A DNA stretch of 64,000 bases, taken from NCBI GenBank assembly GCA_028714495.1, contig JAQTMH010000002.1, positions 7,219 through 71,218 on the forward strand, in the 5' to 3' direction. The position numbers and the translations under genes are program-made. A model generated the notes under the pieces. It saw only the letters and a program-made list of their open reading frames with translations. It did no database searches and was not told where the DNA came from. This stretch comes from Patescibacteria group bacterium. GTDB taxonomy: Bacteria > Patescibacteriota > Patescibacteriia > JAHIZJ01. This document shows positions 56,292-64,000 of this stretch, in pieces (positions within the stretch are counted from its first letter, which is position 1; each line of letters begins with the position of its first letter).

Positions 56292-58106
56292 TTAAATAGT
56301 CTTTCCTTCACGGGCCAGTTTTTTTGCCACGGCTTGATCAAGTGTTTTTTTCCTGATTCGGATAGATTTGGGGGTAACTTCAACCAATTCATCATCGTTG
56401 ATATATTCCAGCGCGTCATCTAAATCCATGATTTTCGGCTGGTTAAAATGTTCGGCCCCGCCATCGCCCTTTGAACGCATATTCGACAGCTGCTTGGTTT
56501 TACAGACATTCACGTGAATGTCTTCACTGCGGGAATTTTGGCCGACAACCTGTCCTTTGTAAACTTCGACGCCCGGACCGATAAAAAAGGTGCCCCGATT
56601 CTGAACATTCAGCAACCCGTAAAGATTGCTAACTCCGCTTTCATGAGCTACGAGTGAGCCTTGCTCCCGTTCGCGCCAATTGCCAGGATCCGGAAAATAA
56701 CCTTCAAACAATGTATTAATAATTCCCAGACCGCGGGTATCAGTCAGGAAATCGCCGCGGTAGCCAAAAAGACCGCGCGTCGGAATTACAAATTCAAGAA
56801 AAGTCGTACCTTCGCGCGACTCAAGATCGTGCATTTGCCCGCCCCGCGAACTAAGCTTTTGAATCACGATGCCGCTGAGTCCATCCGGAACCTCGACAAA
56901 TACCCGCTCAAACGGCGCGTGGATTTTTCCTCCGATTTCTTTCAAAATCACGTGGGGTTGCGAGATCTGAAGCTCATAGCCTTCGCGCCGCAGCCGTTCT
57001 ATAAAAATCGCGTGATGCAATTCGCCCCGGCCTGACACGATCCAGCCGCCTGACTTGTTTTCCTCAACGCGCAGAGCCAGATCAGTCTCTAGTTCTTTCA
57101 TTAGACGTTCGTGGATTTGGCGGGAGGTGCAATAAATTCCCTCGCGGCCGGCAAAGGGCGAATTATTTACGCTAAAAGTCATTTTTACAGTCGGCTCCTC
57201 AATGTCAATAAGCGGCAAGGCGATCGGCTGTTCAGCGTCAGCAATCGTTTCTCCGATTGTCGCTTCGGGGATGCCCGCGATGGCTACGATATCCCCAACC
57301 GACGCTTCAGGAACTTCCACGCGCTCTAAGCCTATGTAAGTCATGAGCGAAGCAATGCGGTACGGTTTTTTTTCACCGGAACGGTTGATGTAAATAATAT
57401 CCTGCCCAGACTTGATTAGGCCATTAGCAATTCGCCCAGTAGCCAGCCTGCCTTTGAAAGTATCCGGGCTGATCTGGGTAATCAACAATTGCAGTGGTTT
57501 TGCCGAATCGCCTTTTGGTTCGGGGATCTCGCTTAGGATCGTATCAAAGATCGGGGTAATATCAGCTGAACTCTTTAAATCGGCTGTGAGCCCGGCCTTG
57601 CCTTGCTTGGCCGAGGCGTAAATCACCGGGAAATCCAGGGTTTGATCATCCGCGCCCAGTTCGACGAAAAGGTCAAATGTCCGATTCAGCGCCTCCTCGG
57701 GCCGGGCGTCGGGTTTGTCTATCTTGTTTATCACGACAATAATGCGCAGTTTCATCGCCAGCGCCTTTTTTAAGACAAAGCGTGTTTGCGGCATCGGCCC
57801 TTCCTTCGCGTCAACCAGCAATAAGCAGCCATCAGCCATATTCAAAACGCGCTCCACTTCGCCGCCGAAATCAGCGTGCCCAGGCGTGTCAATAATGTTA
57901 ATTTTCACCCCCTGCCAGACCACTGAGGCATTTTTTGAAAAAATAGTAATGCCGCGTTCGCGCTCCAGATCGTTTGAATCCATAATCAACTCGACCCCGG
58001 CATACTCCTTATTTAACCGAGTTTTTGATTGACGCAAAAGCGCGTCCACCAGGGTGGTTTTTCCATGGTCAATATGGGCAATGATTGCTACGTTTCGAAT
58101 ATTCAT
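56292..58106 (-). CDS. typA: Translational GTPase TypA/BipA
   Basis: IAHIDHGKTTL, ERERGITI, DTPGHADFGGEVER, GRGELH, ELVEVTP.SIR. Confidence 0.98.
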   Translation of the reverse strand: MNIRNVAIIAHIDHGKTTLVDALLRQSKTRLNKEYAGVELIMDSNDLERERGITIFSKNASVVWQGVKINIIDTPGHADFGGEVERVLNMADGCLLLVDAKEGPMPQTRFVLKKALAMKLRIIVVINKIDKPDARPEEALNRTFDLFVELGADDQTLDFPVIYASAKQGKAGLTADLKSSADITPIFDTILSEIPEPKGDSAKPLQLLITQISPDTFKGRLATGRIANGLIKSGQDIIYINRSGEKKPYRIASLMTYIGLERVEVPEASVGDIVAIAGIPEATIGETIADAEQPIALPLIDIEEPTVKMTFSVNNSPFAGREGIYCTSRQIHERLMKELETDLALRVEENKSGGWIVSGRGELHHAIFIERLRREGYELQISQPHVILKEIGGKIHAPFERVFVEVPDGLSGIVIQKLSSRGGQMHDLESREGTTFLEFVIPTRGLFGYRGDFLTDTRGLGIINTLFEGYFPDPGNWREREQGSLVAHESGVSNLYGLLNVQNRGTFFIGPGVEVYKGQVVGQNSRSEDIHVNVCKTKQLSNMRSKGDGGAEHFNQPKIMDLDDALEYINDDELVEVTPKSIRIRKKTLDQAVAKKLAREGKTI

Positions 58107-58259
58107 TTAGTTTTGTGATGGTAAAAAAAATATCGGGCAGACCCGACCGGGACAATAATGATAATACCACAGTCGCAAACTTTGTCAAGCCCAATTAAGA
58201 GATATCAAAAAAACACAAAAGCCGGATTACTCCGGCTCTCGTGTTATATCTGCTTTCTG

Positions 58260-58361
58260 TTATTCTTTCGGCGCGCATTTGCAGGAACAATCTTTATCGC
58301 ATTTGCAATTTTCGACAGTCTCCCCGCACCCGCAAGGGCACATTTCTTTATCATTTTCCAT
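58260..58361 (-). CDS. 33-aa metallothionein-like peptide
   Basis: MENDKEMCPCGCGETVENCKCDKDCSCKCAPKE; TTGAAA-16-TATTAT promoter; terminator AGCCGGA/TCCGGCT plus T-run. Confidence 0.7.
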   Translation of the reverse strand: MENDKEMCPCGCGETVENCKCDKDCSCKCAPKE

Positions 58362-58502
58362 ATTTTTTCCGCTTACTTGTAAGGTAATTACATAATACAC
58401 CATTTTGGCTTTTGTTTCAAGTCCCACTTCAAACCAAAGATTTTATTCATCAGAATATAAAACACCCGACTGCATGGAAATGGACTATGAATCTCTGTAT
58501 TT

Positions 58503-58619
58503 CTATTCCTTTTTCTTGTTCGCCTTGGCCAAAAGATAAATAAACGTACCCAGGAAAACTAGAAACAGTCCCGTTCCAATTGGCGAGCCCCAGCCTAAAA
58601 CTGAATAAATGTCGCTCAT
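58503..58619 (-). CDS. 38-aa single-TM microprotein
   Basis: SD AGGAGGT; MSDIYSVLGWGSPIGTGLFLVFLGTFIYLLAKANKKKE. Confidence 0.65.
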   Translation of the reverse strand: MSDIYSVLGWGSPIGTGLFLVFLGTFIYLLAKANKKKE

Positions 58620-58671
58620 TTTTATTACCTCCTATGTTATTAATAATTCCCGACGAGATTTAACTCGCGCC

Positions 58672-59349
58672 TTAGGCTAGCTTCCCGTCGACGATTTTGA
58701 TCACCCGGTCGCAGAAGCGGGTTAAATCTTCATTATGCGTGACCATAACAATAGTTTTTTGCTTCTTTCTAACCAGGTCGCGGAGTAGCTCAACAATCGC
58801 TTCGGAATTTTTTGTGTCCAGCTCGCCGGTCGGCTCATCAGCCAGGATCAGCCGGCCGTCATTCATCAGCGACCGAGCAATGGCCACGCGCTGTTGTTCT
58901 CCGCCAGATAGTTCGGCTGGGGTATGGTCAAACCTCTCAGTTAATCCGACCTCAGTCAGTAATTCTCTTGCTCTGGTCGCGGTGATTTTGGCTGGCAAGC
59001 CAGCATAGTCTCCAGCCAGTATGACATTCTCCAGAGCAGTCAGAGTTGAGAGCAAATTAAATCCCTGGAAGATGAAACCCAGTTCTTTAGCCCGCAAATC
59101 AGCCTGACCATTGTCCTTTAGTTGGGACAATAGCTTTCCAGCGATTTCCACATCGCCCTTAGTCGGCCGATCGAGCGCGCCCAAGAGGTGCATAAAGGTT
59201 GATTTGCCGGAACCGGACGGTCCGATTACGGCCACAAATTCGCCGGCGCGGAACTCGGTGGTAACGCCTTTTAAGGCCTTCACCTCATTGTGCTGACCTG
59301 GTGAATAAACTTTTTCGAGATTAATTGTTCGAGCAATGATATTTTCCAT
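58672..59349 (-). CDS. ABC ATP-binding protein (LolD/MacB-type)
   Basis: GPSGSGKST, LSGGEQQRVAIAR, ADEPTGELD. Confidence 0.93.
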   Translation of the reverse strand: MENIIARTINLEKVYSPGQHNEVKALKGVTTEFRAGEFVAVIGPSGSGKSTFMHLLGALDRPTKGDVEIAGKLLSQLKDNGQADLRAKELGFIFQGFNLLSTLTALENVILAGDYAGLPAKITATRARELLTEVGLTERFDHTPAELSGGEQQRVAIARSLMNDGRLILADEPTGELDTKNSEAIVELLRDLVRKKQKTIVMVTHNEDLTRFCDRVIKIVDGKLA

Positions 59350-59350
59350 A

Positions 59351-60514
59351 TTATTCGTATCTTAATGATTCAACCGGATTAAGCTTCGAGGCGCGCCGGG
59401 CTGGAAAAAACCCAGCCACTATGCTGATCACGATCGAGAAAATAAGTACGTAAATCAGTAGTCGCGGCGTCACTAAAAAGAGCAGTAGACCTTTGGATCG
59501 CGATGATTCATTGAGAATCCAGGTCATCAGCACGCCAAGGCCGATACCGGCTAACCCGCCGATCACGCCAATCACTCCAGCTTCAATCAAAAACTCTTTT
59601 AGGATGCGGCTGGACCGAGCACCAACCGCTTTTTTTATGCCGATCTCGCGAGTCCGCTCAATCACCGAAAAGGTCAGAGTATTCATAATTGAGAACCCTC
59701 CGACAATGATGGCAATCAGCGCGCCGGAAAGAATGATCATATTGAAAATTACCATGCTTTGGCCGATCTGGTCTTTGAAGTAAGACGGACCATAGGCTTT
59801 CACGCCCTCAACTTGCTCCTGAATCCTTTTGGCGACTTCCTCACCCTGGGCGACATCTTTCAGATACACATCAAATTCAGAGACAATGGTTTCGGGTTTG
59901 ATGCTTTGTTTAAAGGCCTCGGGCAAAGTCTCATAAGTAAGCTCCTGCGCGTCCCGGAGTGAGACAACGGCTGAATTGTCCGGCGCGGTCAAAGTCTTGT
60001 CATAGACGCCAATCACTTCAAAATCCTTGCCGCGCAACTTAACGGTTTTGCCTACATCTGTTTTCAAGTTCTTAACGAGATCAGAACCAAGCGCAACCTT
60101 ACCGCGGTCATCGGCGGTTAAATCCCGGCCCCTGGCGATTTTTATCTTAAATGTTTCATACTGAGTGGCTTCTGTGTCACCAGATACTATCATTGAGGGC
60201 ATGCCAAAAGAAACGTTCGTTTCTTCATCGAGCATTAAACTAACGACCGGCGAGGCGTAAACCACGCCTTCGACTTTCTGAATAGCCGCTTGTTTATCCA
60301 TGGTTAGCGGCGCGCCGCCCATCATCAATGAAGCGCGCGCGTCAACCACCATTACTTTCGTGCCGTAGTAGTCCACACCCCCCTTAACCAAAAGGCTTAA
60401 TTTTTCCGACATCGCGCCCATGACTGTCAGGGCAAATACGCCGATAACGATTCCGCCGACCGTCAGGACTGTCCGGAGCTTCCGGCGAAGAAGGTTCCTG
60501 AGAATTATACGCAT
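59351..60514 (-). CDS. ABC permease (MacB/FtsX-like)
   Basis: ERTREIGIKKAVGA, PARRASKLNPVESLRYE. Confidence 0.93.
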   Translation of the reverse strand: MRIILRNLLRRKLRTVLTVGGIVIGVFALTVMGAMSEKLSLLVKGGVDYYGTKVMVVDARASLMMGGAPLTMDKQAAIQKVEGVVYASPVVSLMLDEETNVSFGMPSMIVSGDTEATQYETFKIKIARGRDLTADDRGKVALGSDLVKNLKTDVGKTVKLRGKDFEVIGVYDKTLTAPDNSAVVSLRDAQELTYETLPEAFKQSIKPETIVSEFDVYLKDVAQGEEVAKRIQEQVEGVKAYGPSYFKDQIGQSMVIFNMIILSGALIAIIVGGFSIMNTLTFSVIERTREIGIKKAVGARSSRILKEFLIEAGVIGVIGGLAGIGLGVLMTWILNESSRSKGLLLFLVTPRLLIYVLIFSIVISIVAGFFPARRASKLNPVESLRYE

Positions 60515-60747
60515 AGCGAGTTGATTAGTTATAAAATATTAACATTTCAACACCAACGCGCGCCACCGGACACATACCGCTGGAGCGATTGTGCTAAAAG
60601 GCATTATTTGAATTATAAGTCATTAACTCATACTGTCAAGGCGACACCATATTAACTTGACTTTTTCTACTCCCAAAGGTAAGTTAAAAAGCTCAAAATA
60701 AAGCGAAAACCGGTCTTTCATAACCTATAGACCAAAGGAGGGGGCTT

Positions 60748-61923
60748 ATGCAAAGGACTAGCATGCAAGGAGTGGAGCGGGTGTACTGTGATGTCTGCAT
60801 CCACGCCCTAGTTGCGGCCTGGCGTGAACTGCTGGATTCACCAGCTAGCGAAACGCTCAGACATACCAAATACGGCAAGGGTGATACGCTGGGTCTGGAC
60901 GCAATCACCGAAATCATTATTCACGACCGGCTGTGTGACTTTGACCGCCATGCCATTCTGGTCACCGAGGAATTGGATGATGATGCCCGCGAGCGCTGGC
61001 CAACTGACGCTGAACCGATCCGGCAGCCGCTCATGTTCTTCTCTGACCCGACTGACCGATCCAGACAACTCAGAGAATACATCGAGACAATCAGCAGGGA
61101 AACGCCCATCAGAAGGCTCGGACTGCTCATGGGCCGGGACAAGGGCATCCAGGTCTGGGAAAGAATGTTCGAGAAACCGGCAATGATCACTGGAGCTACT
61201 TCTTCCATCACCTGCGTGCGCAAAGGCCAGATCATCTTCTCGGTCATTCTCAACATCGTCACCCAGACCATTTTCGTGGCGACTCCACTGGGCAATGTCG
61301 TGATGCGCCTGCCCCGGTTCGGTGATCCAGTCTGCGATCAAGTCGACCTGAACTATGTTCTGGGGCATGGCCGGCCACTGATTTTCCCGCCAGCTAAGAT
61401 CACCTGCCAACGGCCAGATGACTTCAAGCGTTTTGTTACCTTCCTCGGTAAAGAAGACTATGAGAAGAACTTTATTGACAGTATGGTCTTCGTTGAGAAT
61501 CCCGATGACTTTCTGCACCACACCCTACCTGGCGGACCGGCAAGAATCCTCTATCTCTCCGAGCTCCAGCGTGGCCATGGACCGATTGGCTTTATCATGG
61601 CCAATGGCGAAAAGATCGGCGAATGGATCCACTGGCTGGCCTTTGCCAAATTCGCCATGCGCGAGCACGGCGGCCACCAGCTCAGGATTTTCGAGATCGC
61701 CATTCCCCGACCCCATTACAAAGACGGCGTCCTGATGTCCACGGCTCCGGCTTACAGCATTTTCAGCCAGCTTGGTTCGACTGTCTATCTGGATGTCAGC
61801 CGGTTGCGGACCTTTGAGACACCGAGCCGCTTCCGCTCCATGCTCGTGGTAGCGCCGTTTGACAACGAACGGATCGCCCACATCATGCGGCAGCACTGCT
61901 ACCGCGAAATCGACCTGTCTTAG
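60748..61923 (+). CDS. Divergent inositol monophosphatase/FIG-fold-like protein
   Basis: D...E..I...LVTEE...FSDPTDRS (compare DPxDGT); TTGACT-17-TAAGTT promoter; SD AAAGGAGG. Confidence 0.6.
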   Translation: MQRTSMQGVERVYCDVCIHALVAAWRELLDSPASETLRHTKYGKGDTLGLDAITEIIIHDRLCDFDRHAILVTEELDDDARERWPTDAEPIRQPLMFFSDPTDRSRQLREYIETISRETPIRRLGLLMGRDKGIQVWERMFEKPAMITGATSSITCVRKGQIIFSVILNIVTQTIFVATPLGNVVMRLPRFGDPVCDQVDLNYVLGHGRPLIFPPAKITCQRPDDFKRFVTFLGKEDYEKNFIDSMVFVENPDDFLHHTLPGGPARILYLSELQRGHGPIGFIMANGEKIGEWIHWLAFAKFAMREHGGHQLRIFEIAIPRPHYKDGVLMSTAPAYSIFSQLGSTVYLDVSRLRTFETPSRFRSMLVVAPFDNERIAHIMRQHCYREIDLS

Positions 61924-62018
61924 TACAAACCTACCCTCGTTAGTAATAACGGGGGTGTTTTTATTTCGATAAATAGTATTAATTAGGCTGGAGTAATTAA
62001 CTAACCTATTATTTCGAT

Positions 62019-62576
62019 CTAATATTTATTGAAATTTGAAATCTCGCTGATGTCTTTCCGGTTTTTCTTATGGACTTCGTAACCATCTTTTGGATAGCCA
62101 AGGGTTATCAGCAAACCGATTTGTTGGCGCTTTGGTACGGCTAAAATCTTTTTCACCTTCTGTTCATCAAACCAGCCGACGATGCAGGTACCCAGGCCTA
62201 ACTCCGTAGCCTGCAGGCAAAAATGCTCGGTGGTAATGCCGATGTCAATCAGCGGTAATTCCCTATTATCCAGCCAGGAGATAATCTGGGCCGGCGTGGC
62301 GATTTTCGGCGGCTCGATCACCACCGCTATGATCACCGGCGCTTTGAATAAATGTTTATTCAGAACTGGCAGGAGCGGACTGGTGGCGGCTTTAGCGATT
62401 TTATTTTTCACCTCGGCATTATCAACCACGACAAATTTCCAGGGCTGGGCATTTCTGGCTGACGGCGCCAGCCTGGCGGCTTCGAGGCACTGCAAGATTT
62501 TATCCTTTTCCACCGGCTGATTTGAATATTTCCGTACGCTTTGACGTTGTTTTATTATGTCTAATAGGTCTTTCAT
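62019..62576 (-). CDS. Nitroreductase family protein
   Basis: RQSVRKY, APSARNAQPWKF, GLGTC, LGYP. Confidence 0.93.
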   Translation of the reverse strand: MKDLLDIIKQRQSVRKYSNQPVEKDKILQCLEAARLAPSARNAQPWKFVVVDNAEVKNKIAKAATSPLLPVLNKHLFKAPVIIAVVIEPPKIATPAQIISWLDNRELPLIDIGITTEHFCLQATELGLGTCIVGWFDEQKVKKILAVPKRQQIGLLITLGYPKDGYEVHKKNRKDISEISNFNKY

Positions 62577-62590
62577 GGTACTTGATTTAT

Positions 62591-62746
62591 TGGCAGGGGT
62601 GGAGGGAATCGTCCCGCATCAAAGAGCGCGATATTTTACGTTGCTACGGTTTTTACCCAACCTATCGTCATGTGGCAGGGGCGGAAAGTGTCGCACTCTC
62701 GTTTCTGGTTTGGACCCAGCCGTTCGCGAACGGCTGGGTGGAGACC
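62591..62746 (-). pseudogene. Two degenerate tRNA-Trp 3' copies
   Basis: TGGCAGGGG(C/T)GGA at 62591 and 62673; the second copy extends to the anticodon. Confidence 0.7.
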
Positions 62747-62761
62747 GTTAATCGTATAAGG

Positions 62762-62835
62762 TGGCAGGGGCGGAAGGGATCGAACCCTCGTCTGAGGTTT
62801 TGGAGACCTCCGTCCTACCACTGGACGACGCCCCC
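62762..62835 (-). tRNA. tRNA-Trp(CCA)
   Basis: GAGGT-CTCCAAA-ACCTC anticodon arm, GTTCGATCC T-loop, CCA end. Confidence 0.95.
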
Positions 62836-62861
62836 GTCATCTTATGCGATTAAACTAGAAT

Positions 62862-63107
62862 CTATTTTAAATGAAGTCTTGCTAGAAGTCCATGATATGC
62901 TGAACCATACATTTTCAATTTGCGCTCTCTTTCGGCTGCCGATTGTTGATCGTAATAGGCTTCAAAATATATCAATTTCAAAATACCCATTCTTCGAGTC
63001 GTGTATGTCGACCCTCTTTTATGCTCCGACATTCGCCTTTCAATATCATTTGTTGTACCGACATACTTCTTGCCTCTATTATCACACAGCAAATAAATAT
63101 AATACAT
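62862..63107 (-). CDS. Small GIY-YIG nuclease (UPF0213-like)
   Basis: YYIYLL...YVGTTND..RR..EH..G...T...YFE...A..RE..LK. Confidence 0.9.
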   Translation of the reverse strand: MYYIYLLCDNRGKKYVGTTNDIERRMSEHKRGSTYTTRRMGILKLIYFEAYYDQQSAAERERKLKMYGSAYHGLLARLHLK

Positions 63108-63139
63108 ATTACCCTTCCAGCTCCCAGCCGATCTTCTTT

Positions 63140-63559
63140 TTATTTCTTCATTTTTAAGTACAGCCATTCCCGCGCCATTTCCGACTGCTCAAAGAATTTC
63201 AGCTTACCGGTCTCTTTCGTGGTTGCCAGCAATAGCTTGCGAATGGCCACCTGAAAGGTGTGGCCCGCTTTCAGCACGGCAGTTCTTAAGATTCTGTCGC
63301 TCTTTAACAGATCAGAGAACAGCTCATTCAGCGCTAGGGCTTCTTTCTGGCTGACCGCCACCTTGCTCATGTCCACCAGCGCCGACCAAAAGGCGTTTGG
63401 GAATTGCTCCTTAAGCTTGGCCAGCTCGCCCCGGAACCAAAGCAGTTCAGCTAGAGCGCTATCCTGGCTGTTTCTATCTGGACCCAGCTTCAATTCAATG
63501 ATATTCTGAGCTTCCAATCGCATCGTGCTTTGGGTCTCGGGACAAGTGCTTAAAGGCAT
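63140..63559 (-). CDS. STAS/SEC14 (SpoIIAA-like) domain protein
   Basis: LVDMS...RTAVL...KFF....AREWL. Confidence 0.7.
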   Translation of the reverse strand: MPLSTCPETQSTMRLEAQNIIELKLGPDRNSQDSALAELLWFRGELAKLKEQFPNAFWSALVDMSKVAVSQKEALALNELFSDLLKSDRILRTAVLKAGHTFQVAIRKLLLATTKETGKLKFFEQSEMAREWLYLKMKK

Positions 63560-63564
63560 AAAAG

Positions 63565-63720
63565 CTATTTTGTTTCTTTATGCAAAGTGTGTTTCTTGCA
63601 TTGTTTGCAGTACTTCTTGAGCGACAGCCGGTTCTTTAAAACCTTTTTGTTCTTGCGCGAATTGTAATTTACTTTTTTACACTCGGTGCATTCGAGTTTG
63701 ATAAGATTATCCTGTGACAT
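63565..63720 (-). CDS. rpmG: 50S ribosomal protein L33 (Zn-binding form)
   Basis: Hand-translated: [26 protein letters not shown]...[18 protein letters not shown]. Confidence 0.95.
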   Translation of the reverse strand: MSQDNLIKLECTECKKVNYNSRKNKKVLKNRLSLKKYCKQCKKHTLHKETK

Positions 63721-63783
63721 CGTTTTCTTTCATTTATATTATTAATTTATGTAATTGAATCGTTGCCCCGCCTGCCGATCGCC

Positions 63784-63859
63784 TGGAGCCGATGGTCGGA
63801 TTCGAACCGACGACCTACTGTTTACAAAACAGTTGCTCTACCAACTGAGCTACATCGGC
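63784..63859 (-). tRNA. tRNA-Thr(TGT)
   Basis: ACTGT-TTTGTAA-ACAGT anticodon arm, GTTCGAATC T-loop, CCA end. Confidence 0.95.
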
Positions 63860-64000
63860 GCTCGGCGACTGGCGGGCGGGTCTACCAACTGAGCTACTCC
63901 GGCAAATGGCTTTTGTGAGACAAGCCACAACTAACCAATTAACCAATAAACTAATTAACTAATTAACAAATCATATTACTTCAAGTCTTGCCATTATGTC

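Noticed and set aside
60838-61521. Long antisense or alternate-frame ORFs (this one, 62522-63157, 25523-25996 and others)
   Set aside because: They are shadows of well-supported genes or tRNAs on the other strand
25552-63720. rplJL separated from rpmG/tRNA-Trp, with secE-nusG-rplK-rplA absent between them
   Set aside because: Break-up of this cluster is unremarkable without seeing the rest of the genome
1-64000. Alternative genetic code, prophage, retron/DGR or transposase
   Set aside because: Genes end normally at TGA, and no phage structural, reverse transcriptase, integrase or transposase ORFs were recognised

Overview
Bacterial chromosome segment in genetic code 11, most genes on the minus strand. 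Gene content and style fit a Patescibacteria/CPR genome, probably ABY1/Parcubacteria-like (inference): archaeal-type pyrH, FG-GAP L,D-transpeptidases, PEP-utilising mobile-domain protein, ATP-cone/Mrr fusion, and core genes mostly lacking a Shine-Dalgarno (SD). Core genes include secA, raiA/hpf, tsaB, rplJ-rplL with an L10 leader, pyrH, mltG, pcm, uppP, mutM, rarA, uppS, hup, truB, typA, rpmG, two ABC systems and tRNA-Pro/Trp/Thr. The most notable signals are: (1) a speA-dhs-speB polyamine operon whose arginine decarboxylase has no ATG/GTG/TTG start and probably initiates at ATT; (2) about 11 visibly GC-richer orphan genes, each with its own sigma70 promoter and mostly a strong SD, many with a boxA-like leader motif; (3) several unrecognised structured RNA candidates, including a ~345-nt RNA beside tRNA-Pro and a riboswitch-like leader; (4) microproteins missed by the ORF track (15-aa and 33-aa Cys-rich peptides, a 50-aa type I toxin-like peptide, a 38-aa membrane peptide); (5) a decayed integron cassette array with no integrase in the window; (6) a 20-bp palindrome repeated four times, twice around an ArsR gene. 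All calls come from reading the sequence by eye; no searches or folding programs were run.
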